From Nemertoderma westbladi (taxonomy: Eukaryota; Animalia; Xenacoelomorpha), in contig JAUCBJ010002660.1 of NCBI GenBank assembly GCA_032718475.1, forward strand, positions 1-64,000: a DNA stretch of 64,000 nt, given 5' to 3'. Under the pieces are notes generated by a model. That model ran no database searches. It saw nothing but the letters and a program-made list of their open reading frames with translations, and was not told the DNA's origin. Below, piece after piece: positions 34,314 through 45,000 of this stretch; within the stretch, counting starts at the first letter, position 1, and every line of letters begins with the position of its first letter. A program made the translations under genes and the position numbers.

Positions 34314-36500
34314 TTAGTCTTTCTTACGCAGACGGCGTTTACGCAGTTTTTTGAGGCTAGCAAGAGTCCTTTTCTCTTTGGGGCGAGCCACTTTACTAGG
34401 AGGGCTGTAACTCCTGGGTGAAGGGTGCAATACAATTGCATCAGAAGGTTTAGGATTACGATCGGTGTATCCGCCGGTCGAGGTACCTGGTTGATCGATA
34501 TCAACTTCAGTGGAGCGAGGTCTAACGGCCTTTAGGGCGCGTCTTAAGACAGCAGCTCCTACGGGTCCTTGACGGGTCGTCTGGACAATAGCGGTAGGTG
34601 GACCGTGAGTGGTGAGAAACTTCCTCGGTTTAATGGTTCTTTCCAGCTCGCGTTCTCGGGCTCGATATTCGTAGGGCCGTCGAGATACTTCCTGTAACTC
34701 AGGGTGTGAGTTGATAAATAAATCGCCATACTCAGGGTCTTGACGGATGAAATTGATCAAATGGTATGAAGTAATATCGTTAGGATTGACGTAATAAGGG
34801 TGATCTTTGATCCCATAAAACGAGTCCGGTAAAGGTCTAGCGCGTATGTTAACATCGTGTACCATGCGACGGACAAGATCCGCTCTATTGTCCGGAGGTT
34901 CAACGAGTATACCATCGACACGAGCGGCTTCGATGGGCGGACGTTGCAACATGGGAGCGTCAGCGATAAGATCTCGAGATCTTAGGTTGATATCAACCGG
35001 TTGAGGCTGTGCCGTGGCGAAGAGTTTGTCTCCGAAATGGGGAACCATCGAAGGATGGATAATGGTTTTAGAATAGAGATCTGTTATAAGAATTTGAGTT
35101 TCTGGCTGGGCTAAAGCTGCTTCTTCTCTCTCATCTAGCTCTATATGTCTCTCCTCGAGCTGATTTTCCTCCGCTTGTTGTTGCAAACGCTCATCTAGGA
35201 ACTCTTGTAAAGAGTAGGTTCGTCCACGTTCGATGTCCTCCTCGAGATTTTGTATTTCTCTATCGAACTGGGGTAAAGCTAATTCTTTCACCGCTTGGAC
35301 TTGTTGCTGCAATTTACGTTTCTCCAAACAATTGTAAGTTCCCTTTCCGATTTTCTGCCGAATAGCGTCTAACGAGTTTCGTACGACGCTCTCTTTGACT
35401 TCCGTAACAGGTTGTATCGAGGTGAAGCCGGGACGGTTGTATGGGTTAAACGGCGATATTAGATGACCGCGTCCTAATCCAGCTAGGTAGGGTTGGCGAA
35501 TATCTAGTGAGCCCACTACCGGAGTGCCACCGATCAACTGTTCGGGTAACACTAGATCTTTGAACAGTGAGTACAGTTCGGGAGGATCCGTGATACTATT
35601 AGGATCAAGAGTCTGAGGTCTAACTGAGGAATGAGGAGGTCTGACCGAGTATTCTGGAACTCTGATCATTGGTTTATTCAAGTATCGTTTGAGCCGAGCG
35701 ACCGTAGGTGATACGTCGAACAGGTTTCGCTCGAAACTCCCATAAGTATATCGTGTAAAACTGTGTTTAGCGCAACGTCTCCGCGGATGTTTATGTCTTT
35801 CCGTTAGCTGATTGGGTCTAGGGCATTCGTCACAGTAATACCAAAGACGCACGTCCTGCAGGGGAAACGCGGGTGATCGTTCTCCAGTTTTACAATATTC
35901 CTCCATCTGTTCGAAGCTATCTTGGACGACAGGTAGCGGTCGATCGGTGGTAAGATACATCATAGTGAAATAGAGTCGTTTGAGTTCTATCATAGGATCA
36001 TGATGTATACCTTGAGGATATCGAGTTTCTAGATTTTGTTGACTGGCAATATTGAGATATGTCTCTCTCAGGAATTCCAGATAATCGTTGAAGTCGCTGC
36101 GTTTATCCGGCTCTTCAACGTCTTCTCTTTCGAGTCGGTTTCGAATAGAATTCTCGTGTTCTATTCTCGGTTTATCGTTCCGACTCCGCTGGGTATGATA
36201 TTTAAATAAAACCATTTCCCTTTCGGTGTCTACATCGTCCGTATCGTGTAAATCGATAGGATGGCCAGTAGTTAAGAAGTCCATATACGTACCATTACGA
36301 TGCGTATAGCGAGTGGTGAACTTTCTATAATCCAATTCACGCGTAAGTTGCTCTTGGGACATTGGCGGTTCGATATAACGGCCATCATCCTCCGTAGTAG
36401 TTGGACCAGCGTCGCCGCGTATCAAGCTATCGACAAACGCTTGTAAAGGTAGAGTATATCGCTCCCTGATACTAAGATCATCTTCAATCAACTCAGTCAT
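34314..36500 (-). CDS. Unknown 728-aa accessory protein of the BEL/Pao element, in the env position but not env-like
   Basis: Long non-repetitive ATG-initiated ORF ending ~70 bp before the PPT. It has a YYCDEC-x16-CAKH motif, a Glu/Gln-rich coiled-coil-like segment and a basic C-terminus (LKKLRKRRLRKK), with no signal peptide or TM segment visible. A paralogous decayed copy differs at many third codon positions. Confidence 0.82.
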   Translation of the reverse strand: MTELIEDDLSIRERYTLPLQAFVDSLIRGDAGPTTTEDDGRYIEPPMSQEQLTRELDYRKFTTRYTHRNGTYMDFLTTGHPIDLHDTDDVDTEREMVLFKYHTQRSRNDKPRIEHENSIRNRLEREDVEEPDKRSDFNDYLEFLRETYLNIASQQNLETRYPQGIHHDPMIELKRLYFTMMYLTTDRPLPVVQDSFEQMEEYCKTGERSPAFPLQDVRLWYYCDECPRPNQLTERHKHPRRRCAKHSFTRYTYGSFERNLFDVSPTVARLKRYLNKPMIRVPEYSVRPPHSSVRPQTLDPNSITDPPELYSLFKDLVLPEQLIGGTPVVGSLDIRQPYLAGLGRGHLISPFNPYNRPGFTSIQPVTEVKESVVRNSLDAIRQKIGKGTYNCLEKRKLQQQVQAVKELALPQFDREIQNLEEDIERGRTYSLQEFLDERLQQQAEENQLEERHIELDEREEAALAQPETQILITDLYSKTIIHPSMVPHFGDKLFATAQPQPVDINLRSRDLIADAPMLQRPPIEAARVDGILVEPPDNRADLVRRMVHDVNIRARPLPDSFYGIKDHPYYVNPNDITSYHLINFIRQDPEYGDLFINSHPELQEVSRRPYEYRARERELERTIKPRKFLTTHGPPTAIVQTTRQGPVGAAVLRRALKAVRPRSTEVDIDQPGTSTGGYTDRNPKPSDAIVLHPSPRSYSPPSKVARPKEKRTLASLKKLRKRRLRKKD

Positions 36501-37452
36501 ATCTGCTATATGAGTTTATCAATATTATAATGAGTTTATATATTAGGCTAGCGGGCGTCGCTGCCTACCCCTCTTTTGCCCCCGGACAGTGCAAGATCCT
36601 CAGCGCCGATGTACCGTCGTCGCTGTGCTTTCGCCAACGATGTAGCTACACAACGACAACGATAACCGGCACAAGTCACTCCACTGTCCGTCCCAAAGGC
36701 TTAGATGTACTTCAGGTTCTTTCTGGAGAGTTAGGGCTACTTTCACAATTGCGACTCGCTACTGTAAACACACTTTAGCAGTAACATTCACCTATAAACG
36801 CACAAATTCCACACAACTGTCACAAACTGTACACATTCGGGCCATTTGTCCGTTAGTCAGTGCCTTCCAGAATGTCACTTTATTATTAGGTATCCTTGGA
36901 TACTAACAGTGCGCTATTTATTCCTTATGTTATTCAATGGGCAAGCTTTCTATTGTTCTTTTAACTCACTTCTAATTCTAGCGTGGTTGTTGCCATGGTG
37001 ACATTATGGAAAGCTAGCGGTATAATTAGGGTAATTCTCATGCATACAGATCTGGGATGCTATTTAATAGTAATTCTTTAATGGTCAATATCCTCTCTAT
37101 ACATGATTTTATGAATTTTATCGGCTATTGACTATATATTGGAGATTCTCGCACACTAATGCACTTAATAGGGTGAATCTCCGCTCCCATGATCTATTAA
37201 TTAAAGGAATTTTGGGAATATTATAAATTGTATAAAAATGACAATTTATTAAATTCATTAAAAATATGAATTTAAATTTATTCCCGTAAATTTTATTATT
37301 TAATGTTAAATAGACACAATTTTATTCCAGAACATGTCTGGGGACTGGGATCCTTGATTCTAGGAAATTTGTCTTTTTAAGAGTATCGGTAAGTGCTACG
37401 ATATCTTAATCGACTAGAATTTTAAAGGATCTAAAATTTGACAGAATTTGAC

Positions 37453-37835
37453 AGGTTCTGTTTTATTCTATGGGACTTCAAAATCCAGGACAGACAGTGT
37501 GATGTGTGTGTCATAACTAACTTTCTCACTTTCTTTGGTGCATTAGCTATAACTACTGTATAATATATATAACTACTGTATACTTATCTTGTTTTTACCG
37601 GTAATGTTTAATTATGCAGATTTATTTTAACCTTATTTGATGTCAATTACACAATTTCAATTTCACCTGACTTTCTGATCCATGATCCCAAGTGGCAGAA
37701 GTTATCCGCGTGCTCAAGCAAGACGTCCTTAGTGCTTATGCCCTTACGATCAGACATTTCTTGAGGGCTGTCTATGTTGACTGTCATGATTTTAGTCTTC
37801 TTGGAATTGACAAAAAGACCAACACTAGAAGCAAC
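37453..37835 (-). mobile_element. Upstream continuation of the decayed RTE copy (pieces 37453-37495 and ~37663-37835)
   Basis: The reverse complement matches 29817-29988 (tgcttctagtgttggtcttttt...gggatcatggatc.g.aagtcaggtga) and ~30033-30075 (tcc.ggattt.gaagtc.c..agaat). Confidence 0.75.
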
Positions 37836-37982
37836 CTGTTATATATATGACAGGCAGCAGTAAGGAGCCAGACTAAGAAAGCTTGCTTATTGTTTATCTC
37901 GCAAAATTTGATTTGATTATAATATTTATTAATACTTTACAGCAATAATGTTGTTTATCCCCAATTTACATAATATACCCAC

Positions 37983-39150
37983 TGTTCGCGCTTTCAGACC
38001 TTTAGCAGTTTAACCTGCCAAATTTGGATGTCTTCTAGATTGTAAATCGACTTTAGCCTATGACGAGTATTTGATACACTACATTAGCCGAAGCCAGTCT
38101 ATGCGCGACCATTCACCCGCTGGATATACCCGGGAGACTGGATTCGGAAGCCTAACCTTATTGCGGTGTAGGCCTACTGTATTATTCGACTGATCGTAAT
38201 ATATAATCTCTGACAAATATTATTCACTTTCGGGAAATATTAACAGTTCCTTTAGGACGTGGCGCTCTAAATATGTGAACAGAGTTATGACTTACACTAG
38301 ACACAACGGGATGGCTATGGATTCACGTATATAGCGCATTCTTTAGGAGATGCTTTGTTATCAATCACAATCATGCACACTACTGCACAATGCTGCACAC
38401 CGATCTGCCGACCTTCACTAATTTAGTCACATATAAAGAGAACAACGACCGATGCATGTAGTGCCTATGAAATAGCATTAGATTCACTTCAAAACCACTT
38501 TAATGTAAGTCGCAATCGTTATATGTAACCGGTCTCTCTTACCTTCAGTATATCAAGAAGATTGAGGGTTTTATGATTAATTTATCGATATTATCCAATA
38601 TAATAATATTCCATCAACTGATATAATTAATGACCGACAGTAAATAGCAGTAAAAAATGCGGTGTTTGTAGTTGACAATATGATTAGGTGAGTGGATAAC
38701 AGATATACGTTTCTATGATTAAGCCTACTAATGTTGGGCTAAAGCCTGAAACCACAGAGATTCCAAAGCCGGTCTTCTGGGCTCAGGAAAAAAGGTAAAC
38801 ATTGACCCATAATGCATTGCGCGATTTCCCGGAGGTTTCTGTACAAAAAGCAGGAGAATCGCTCTGATTGGTTGACCGAACAAAGAAACAACAGAGAACA
38901 AGGAAAAAGCTACACGTGTACAGATCAGCTGTTAGCTGTCGTCATAGTAACTACACTGTTTCAAGAGGATTTAGCGTATTGCGACATAGAATTGCTAGTT
39001 ATGTCCGCTAAAGTACACATACAGAAGAAATGGTTTTTTATGTCCACTAAAACACCAGTACAGTAAGGAAACGGCCCTTGATGTCCGTTAAAACACCTAC
39101 AGAGTACTTTGCGGTAAAAATAACCAGCTAATTCCGCAAAAGCTTTTACA
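37983..39150 (-). repeat. 3' LTR (1168 bp)
   Basis: Direct repeat of 50260-51427 with roughly ten substitutions by eye. Confidence 0.95.
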
Positions 39151-39160
39151 CCGCTCCCAG
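39151..39160 (-). promoter_or_regulatory. Polypurine-tract-like plus-strand priming site
   Basis: CTGGGAGCGG immediately precedes TGTAAAAGC on the element strand and is identical in the fragment copy (34236-34245). Confidence 0.7.
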
Positions 39161-39228
39161 AAAATGGGATTTAATTCTATAAAATATAAAAAATCACAGT
39201 TTCTAAAATATAGAAATACTCTAAACAG

Positions 39229-40556
39229 TTAGTTTTTCTTGCGCGGACGGCGTTTACGCAGTTTTTTGAGGCTAGCAAGAGTCCTTTTCTCTTTGGAGCG
39301 AGCCACTTTACTAGGAGGGCTATAACCCTTGGGTAAAGGGTGCAATACAATTGCATCTGAAGGTTTAGGGTTACGGTCGATGTCTCGTCCATTTCGATAT
39401 GCTTCTCCTCGAGCTGATTTTCCTCCGCTTATCGTTGGATGCGTTCGTCCAAAACTCTTGCAGAGAATAGGGTCGTCCAAGTTCGATATCTTCTTAGAGA
39501 TTCTGAATTTCCTGATCGAACCGAGATAAAGTTAATTCGTTTACCGCTTGGACTTGCTGCTGCAATTTACGTTTCTCCAAACAATCGTAGGTTCCTTTTC
39601 CGATCTTTTGTCGAATAGTGTCTAACGCGTTTCGTACAACTCTCTCCTCCGCCTCGGTGACAGGTTGTATCGGGTTAAACAGGGACGATGATACGGTTGA
39701 ATGACGATATTAGATGTCCGCGTCCCAATCCGACTAGGTAAGATGGGCGAATATTTAGGGAGCCCACAACCGGAGTGCCACCGCCGTTCGGGTAACACTA
39801 GATCTTTGAACAGTGAGTACAGTTCGGGAGGATCCGTGATACTATTAGGATCAAGAGTCTGAGGTCTAACTAGGGAATGAGGAGGTCTGACCCAGTATTC
39901 CGGAACTCTGATCATAGGTTTATTTAAGGATTGTTTGAATCGAGCGAGTGTAGGTGATACATCGAACAAGTTTCGCTCGAAACTCCCGTAAATATAGCGA
40001 GTAAAACCGTGTTTAAAGCAACGTCTCTACGGATGTTTATGTCTTTCCGTTTGTTGGTTGGGTCTTGGGCATTCATTGCAATAATACCAAAGACGCACGT
40101 CTTGTAAGGGAAACGCGGGTGATATTTATTCGGTTTTACAACGTTTCTCTCAAGAATTCCAAATATACGTTGGAGTTACTGCGTTTATCCGGTTCTTTAA
40201 CGTCTTCTCTTTCGAGTCGATTTCGAATAGAATTTTCGCATTCGATTTTCAGTTTATCGTTCCGACTCCGCTGGGTAGGATATTTAAATAGTACCATTTC
40301 CCTTTCGGTGTCGACATCGTCCGTATCGTGTAAATTGATAGGATGACCAGTAGTTAAGAAGTCCATATACGTACCATTACGATGCGTACAGCGAGCGGTG
40401 AATTTTCTATAGTCCAATTCACGCGTAAGTTGCTCCTGGGACATTGGCTGTAGTAGTTGGACCAGCGTCGCCGCGTATCAAGCTATCAACAAACGCTTGT
40501 AAAGGTAGAATATATCGCTCCCTGATACCAAGATCATCTTCTATCAACTCAGTCAT
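39229..40556 (-). pseudogene. Decayed copy of the 728-aa accessory ORF
   Basis: Same start (ATGACTGAGTTGAT) and same end (KEKRTLASLKKLRKRR), but 1328 bp versus 2187 bp, with internal deletions, frameshifts and at least one nonsense codon. Confidence 0.9.
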
Positions 40557-42009
40557 ATCTGCTATATGAGTTTATCAATATTATAATGAGTTTATATTTA
40601 GGCTAGCGGGCGTCGCTGCCTACCCCTCTCAGCCCCCGGACAGCGCAAGATCCTCAGCGCTGGTGTACTTTCGCCGATGTGCCTATCGCCAATGTCGTAG
40701 CTGCACAACGACCACAACAACCAGCGCGAGTCACTCCACCGTCCGTCCCAAAGGCTTAGATTTACTTCAGGTTCTTACTGGAGAGTTAGGGCTACTTTCA
40801 CAATTGCGACTCGCTACTGTAAACACACTTTAGTAGTAACATTCACCTATAAACGCACAAATTCCATACAACTGTCACAAATCGCACACATTCGGGCCAT
40901 TTGTCCGATAGTCAGTGCCTTCCAGAATGCCACGTTATTATTGGGTATCCTGGGATACTAGCAGTGTGCTATTTATTCCTTATGCTATTCAATGGGCAAG
41001 CTTTATTGTTCTTTTAACTCACTTCTAATTCTAGCGTGGTTGTTGCCATGGTGACATTATGGAAAGCTAGCGGTAGAATTAGGGTAATTCCCATGCATAC
41101 AGATCTGGGATGCTATTTAATAGTAATTCTTTAATTGTCAATATTTCTCTTTATACATGATTTTATGAATTTTATCGGCTATTGACTATATATTGGAGAT
41201 TCTCGCACACTAATACACTTAATAGGGTGAATCTCCGCTCCCATGATCTATTAATTAATGGAATTTTGGGAATGTTATAAATTGCATAAAAATGACAATT
41301 TATCAAATTCATTAAAAGATATGAATTTAAATTTATTCCCGTAAATTTTATTATTTAATATTAAAATAGACACAATTTTATTCCAGAACATATCTGGGGA
41401 CTGGCATCCTTGATTCTAGGAAATTTGTCCTTTTAAGAGTATCGGTAAGTGCTACGATATCTTAATTGACTAGAATTTTAAAGGATCTAAATTTTGACAG
41501 ATTTTAATTTATAGATTTTCTAGAGTTAACTTGTAAGTAGTTACTCTATTGTATCTGTTTGACAGATTTTATAAATATTAATAGTTAATATTTAAGATGG
41601 GCACCGGTTTATTCCAGAACATGCCTGGGGACGTTAACCACTGATTCTAGAATTTTGTCTTTCAAGTATATCGGTGGGTGCCATGATATCTTAATCGACT
41701 AGAATTGCAGATGGTCAAAGGGTTTAACAGATTTATTTTGCGTTGTACGCTACTGTTAAAGTGACATCACGCTACTATATGTATTATTTAATTTCTCGCC
41801 GTTGCACTAAATATATAATATATAAGTAATTAAGTAATAAACGCGTATATATATTGCACTAATCTACCAAATAATCGCTAAAATAACATTCTACTAAATA
41901 AAATTAAAGAATACGATTATAATAAAATTACATAATAATACATACATAAATATAAAATAATAAAAAACAAATATAAAATAATATAGTCACACACCCACTC
42001 CAGACGCTG

Positions 42010-45000
42010 TTACGTTGGGGAGGCCCTAGATGTTTGTTGGATTAGGGAGGTGGTCGTGGGAAGAGTATCTTGCCTTCCATAGTTTCCGGACAGTTCTCGG
42101 TCTCTTTCCAGTAAACATAAACGACCAACTGGGTGATTGAGCTGCTGCGTCTCGAAGACAATTCCAGGTTTCCTCTTCATCCTGGAATAGTGACGATAGA
42201 AACATCGCTTCAAATACACGACGGCCTTACAAAGCCGATTCCAGGATCTATAGTGGTCCATCGCTCCTGGAAGGAGAGGTGACAGTCCCTGCGAGATGTC
42301 TGGTGTTCCTGATCTCCAGTCTCTCTCTCTGATCTCCACAACAGATCGGTTCGCAGTGGGGGAGTTTAGATCCACAGCGTCGTCCCTGGAAATGTGTAGT
42401 ACAGACAGATCTATCACGGGTTTAAATAACCTTGATTTACTCGTCCGGGTTTTAGGTTTGACTTTCTCCGCTCCCTTGGCTTGTCTAATCTCAGCCGTGG
42501 TAAGATGGGGAGGCCATTCATCTTCTTTACTTAGGAAGTTGGGTCCACCTAACCAGTCTGGAGTATCTGTCAGTTCTTGAGGAGTTGCTCCTCTGGAAGC
42601 GATGTCGTCTAGATTAATCATCTCGGGGCAATGTCTCCATTGATCTACATTGGAGTTAATATCGTCATTATCTGAGGAGTATGGTGTTCCCTCAGTTGGA
42701 TCGTCTACCTCACTGCTCTCCACTTCCCATTCTCTTACTTGATATACCTGTTCTTTTGGTAACCTTTCTATGAGAGTTCTACGGGAATGGCCAGTAAAGT
42801 ACCAACCCACTCTAGTTCTTCCCGCATAGGCTTGTAGTGGTTGCGGTTGAGCAGGCCGTTTCTCCAATGTCTCGAGCGCCTCATGCGCATTTTGACCGAT
42901 GAGTATTTGCACTCCAGGGTAATCTGTGTTGAATCTAGGTATATCAAACTGCTGGGTGAAATCGTCCTCATCCCAGTTATAAGGTTCTACTTGGCTGGTA
43001 GCGAAGTTCTTTATCGCCACCATTTTTACTGACCTTATGCTGTGTTCTCCTAGTTCATCCTGGGGGGTGGACAACGCACCTACATAATAATCCGCTATTA
43101 CTGTAGATTTCCAAACCTGCATAATTCCTGACATGTTTAACTTAGTTCGGAACTTGGGTTGTCCAGCAAAGATGTCTTCGGCTAGTTCTTTGTCGATGAA
43201 TGTTCCTGTGCTACCGGAGTCAAGAAGGGCGTTCACTATATAACTCCTTTCAGGTCCGTGGACCCTTAGCTGCACTACGGGAAATTCTCGGATTCCTACA
43301 TAAGAAGTTGGTGCTTTCCAAGATGGTTGTCGGTCAGAAGTAGTTGGGGGGAACTCGCTGTCGGTGTCCTTTTTATACGTAAGTGCTCGATACACTGCGG
43401 TATTTATCAGGTAACAGGATTCGTTTTCGTCGGAGAATTCGTCCGTATAGAATCCTTCCATCTCAGAACATTGGTCAGTGTCGTTCACATCACTGAATTG
43501 GACATGTAGTTCGGACTCACTTACCTGACTCGGGCTGTTTCGTTCGAATTCCGTGTGCAACAAGATATGATGTTTTGCGCCGCACTTTGCACACCTTGCG
43601 TCGGAGTAACAGGTTCGCCATTGGTGTCCTCGTCTGAGGCAATTATAACACAACCGCTTATCCCACATGACTTCACGCCTATCCTTGAGTGATTTCTTGA
43701 GAAATTCATCACACACACTTAAACGGTGGGGCCCGTCGCACAGCGCACATTTCGGTTTGATGTTACTTACCTTACTTTGGGTAACGTTGTGCACACTAGT
43801 TCTTTCCTCGGGCTTCCTTATATGAATTCTCTTAGGAGATGTAGGAGGAGTTTTTCTTACCTGTTCTCTCCTGTCATTGGTTCGAAACTTGAATTTACTT
43901 ACGTCCTTAGGCGCTTTGTTGTCATAGTAAGATCTTTCAGTGTCTTTCCCGCTGTCTTCTTCTTGAGAAGCCTGGCTTTCGCCGTCGTCTGTATAACACA
44001 CTGGTATTACCTTTCTCCTAGAAACGGGTTTCTCACTTACCTTATTTTCCGGTGTCTTCTCTCTGGACTGTTTTAGGAGCTGTAATTTCACTTCTCCATC
44101 TAAGAATGACATGAGATCAGCCATGGTAGGGTCTCGTCGTTGCTGTTCCATCATATATAACACTTTCTTATCCCAACGTGCACCTACTCCACCCTTCGGT
44201 AAAGTAGAGGCCACGGCTCCAATAACCATAGAACTCTGATATTCATGAGACTTACCTAACCAATCTAATTGTCTACAGATCTCCTGAATTTCATTGGAAA
44301 ACTCTATAATCCCGCTGCTAATGAATTTTCGGGGCGCTACCAATTTTGCATACAAATACCTAGCTATGTTATTCCTATTACCATTCCTGATGTTTAGGGT
44401 ATCCCAAACTTGTCTTAATCCATCTGGATGTCCAATAAACTTTAACGCCATTAACTTGGGAGATCCTTCCAAGCACCTGATGAGGAATCTAAGTTTCTCT
44501 CCGTTTGATAGCACAGAGTTCTGTATGTTATCTTTGTAATATTCATTAAAAGGTAACCATTTCATCTCATCTCCATTGAACTTGACGATCTCTCCCACCT
44601 TTACCGCTTGACGGGCTTCGGTTCTAGCCATTTGACGCGTAAAACTTTCTTGGGCCATCGTGTTATTTAATATCGAGTTATCGGTATATAAATTTCTCGG
44701 ATTATTATCAAGTCTATATGGAATATCATTGTCAACAGGTTTATAATTACCCTTAATAGGGTTTACTATAGGAGTTTCCACTTCGCTAGCAGTATAGATG
44801 CGTGTAGGCTCCACACCTTGCGCATGAAATACTTCAGACCTAAGAGGTTGACACATTGTTACAGGGGGTGGTGGTATAACCTTTTGTGTATTTACTAATT
44901 TATCGCGTTCTAACGCGATACTTTGCTGCACTTCTTGCAACTCTAACCTACTCTCTCTAATTGTTCCCTTTAACTGCTGCACAGTCCCCTCCATCTCCTG

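Larger units (their letters stand above)
33233..37452 (-). mobile_element. 4.2-kb fragment of the BEL/Pao family: intergenic region, accessory ORF, PPT and an LTR missing its last ~170 bp
   Basis: Colinear with 38153-41500 of the complete element; LTR start TGTAAAAGC at 34235; PPT-like CTGGGAGCGG at 34245-34236. Confidence 0.9.

Noticed and set aside
34314-36500. Calling the 728-aa ORF env
   Set aside because: No signal peptide, hydrophobic fusion/TM segment or Cys-rich ectodomain is visible; the sequence is hydrophilic with a basic tail.
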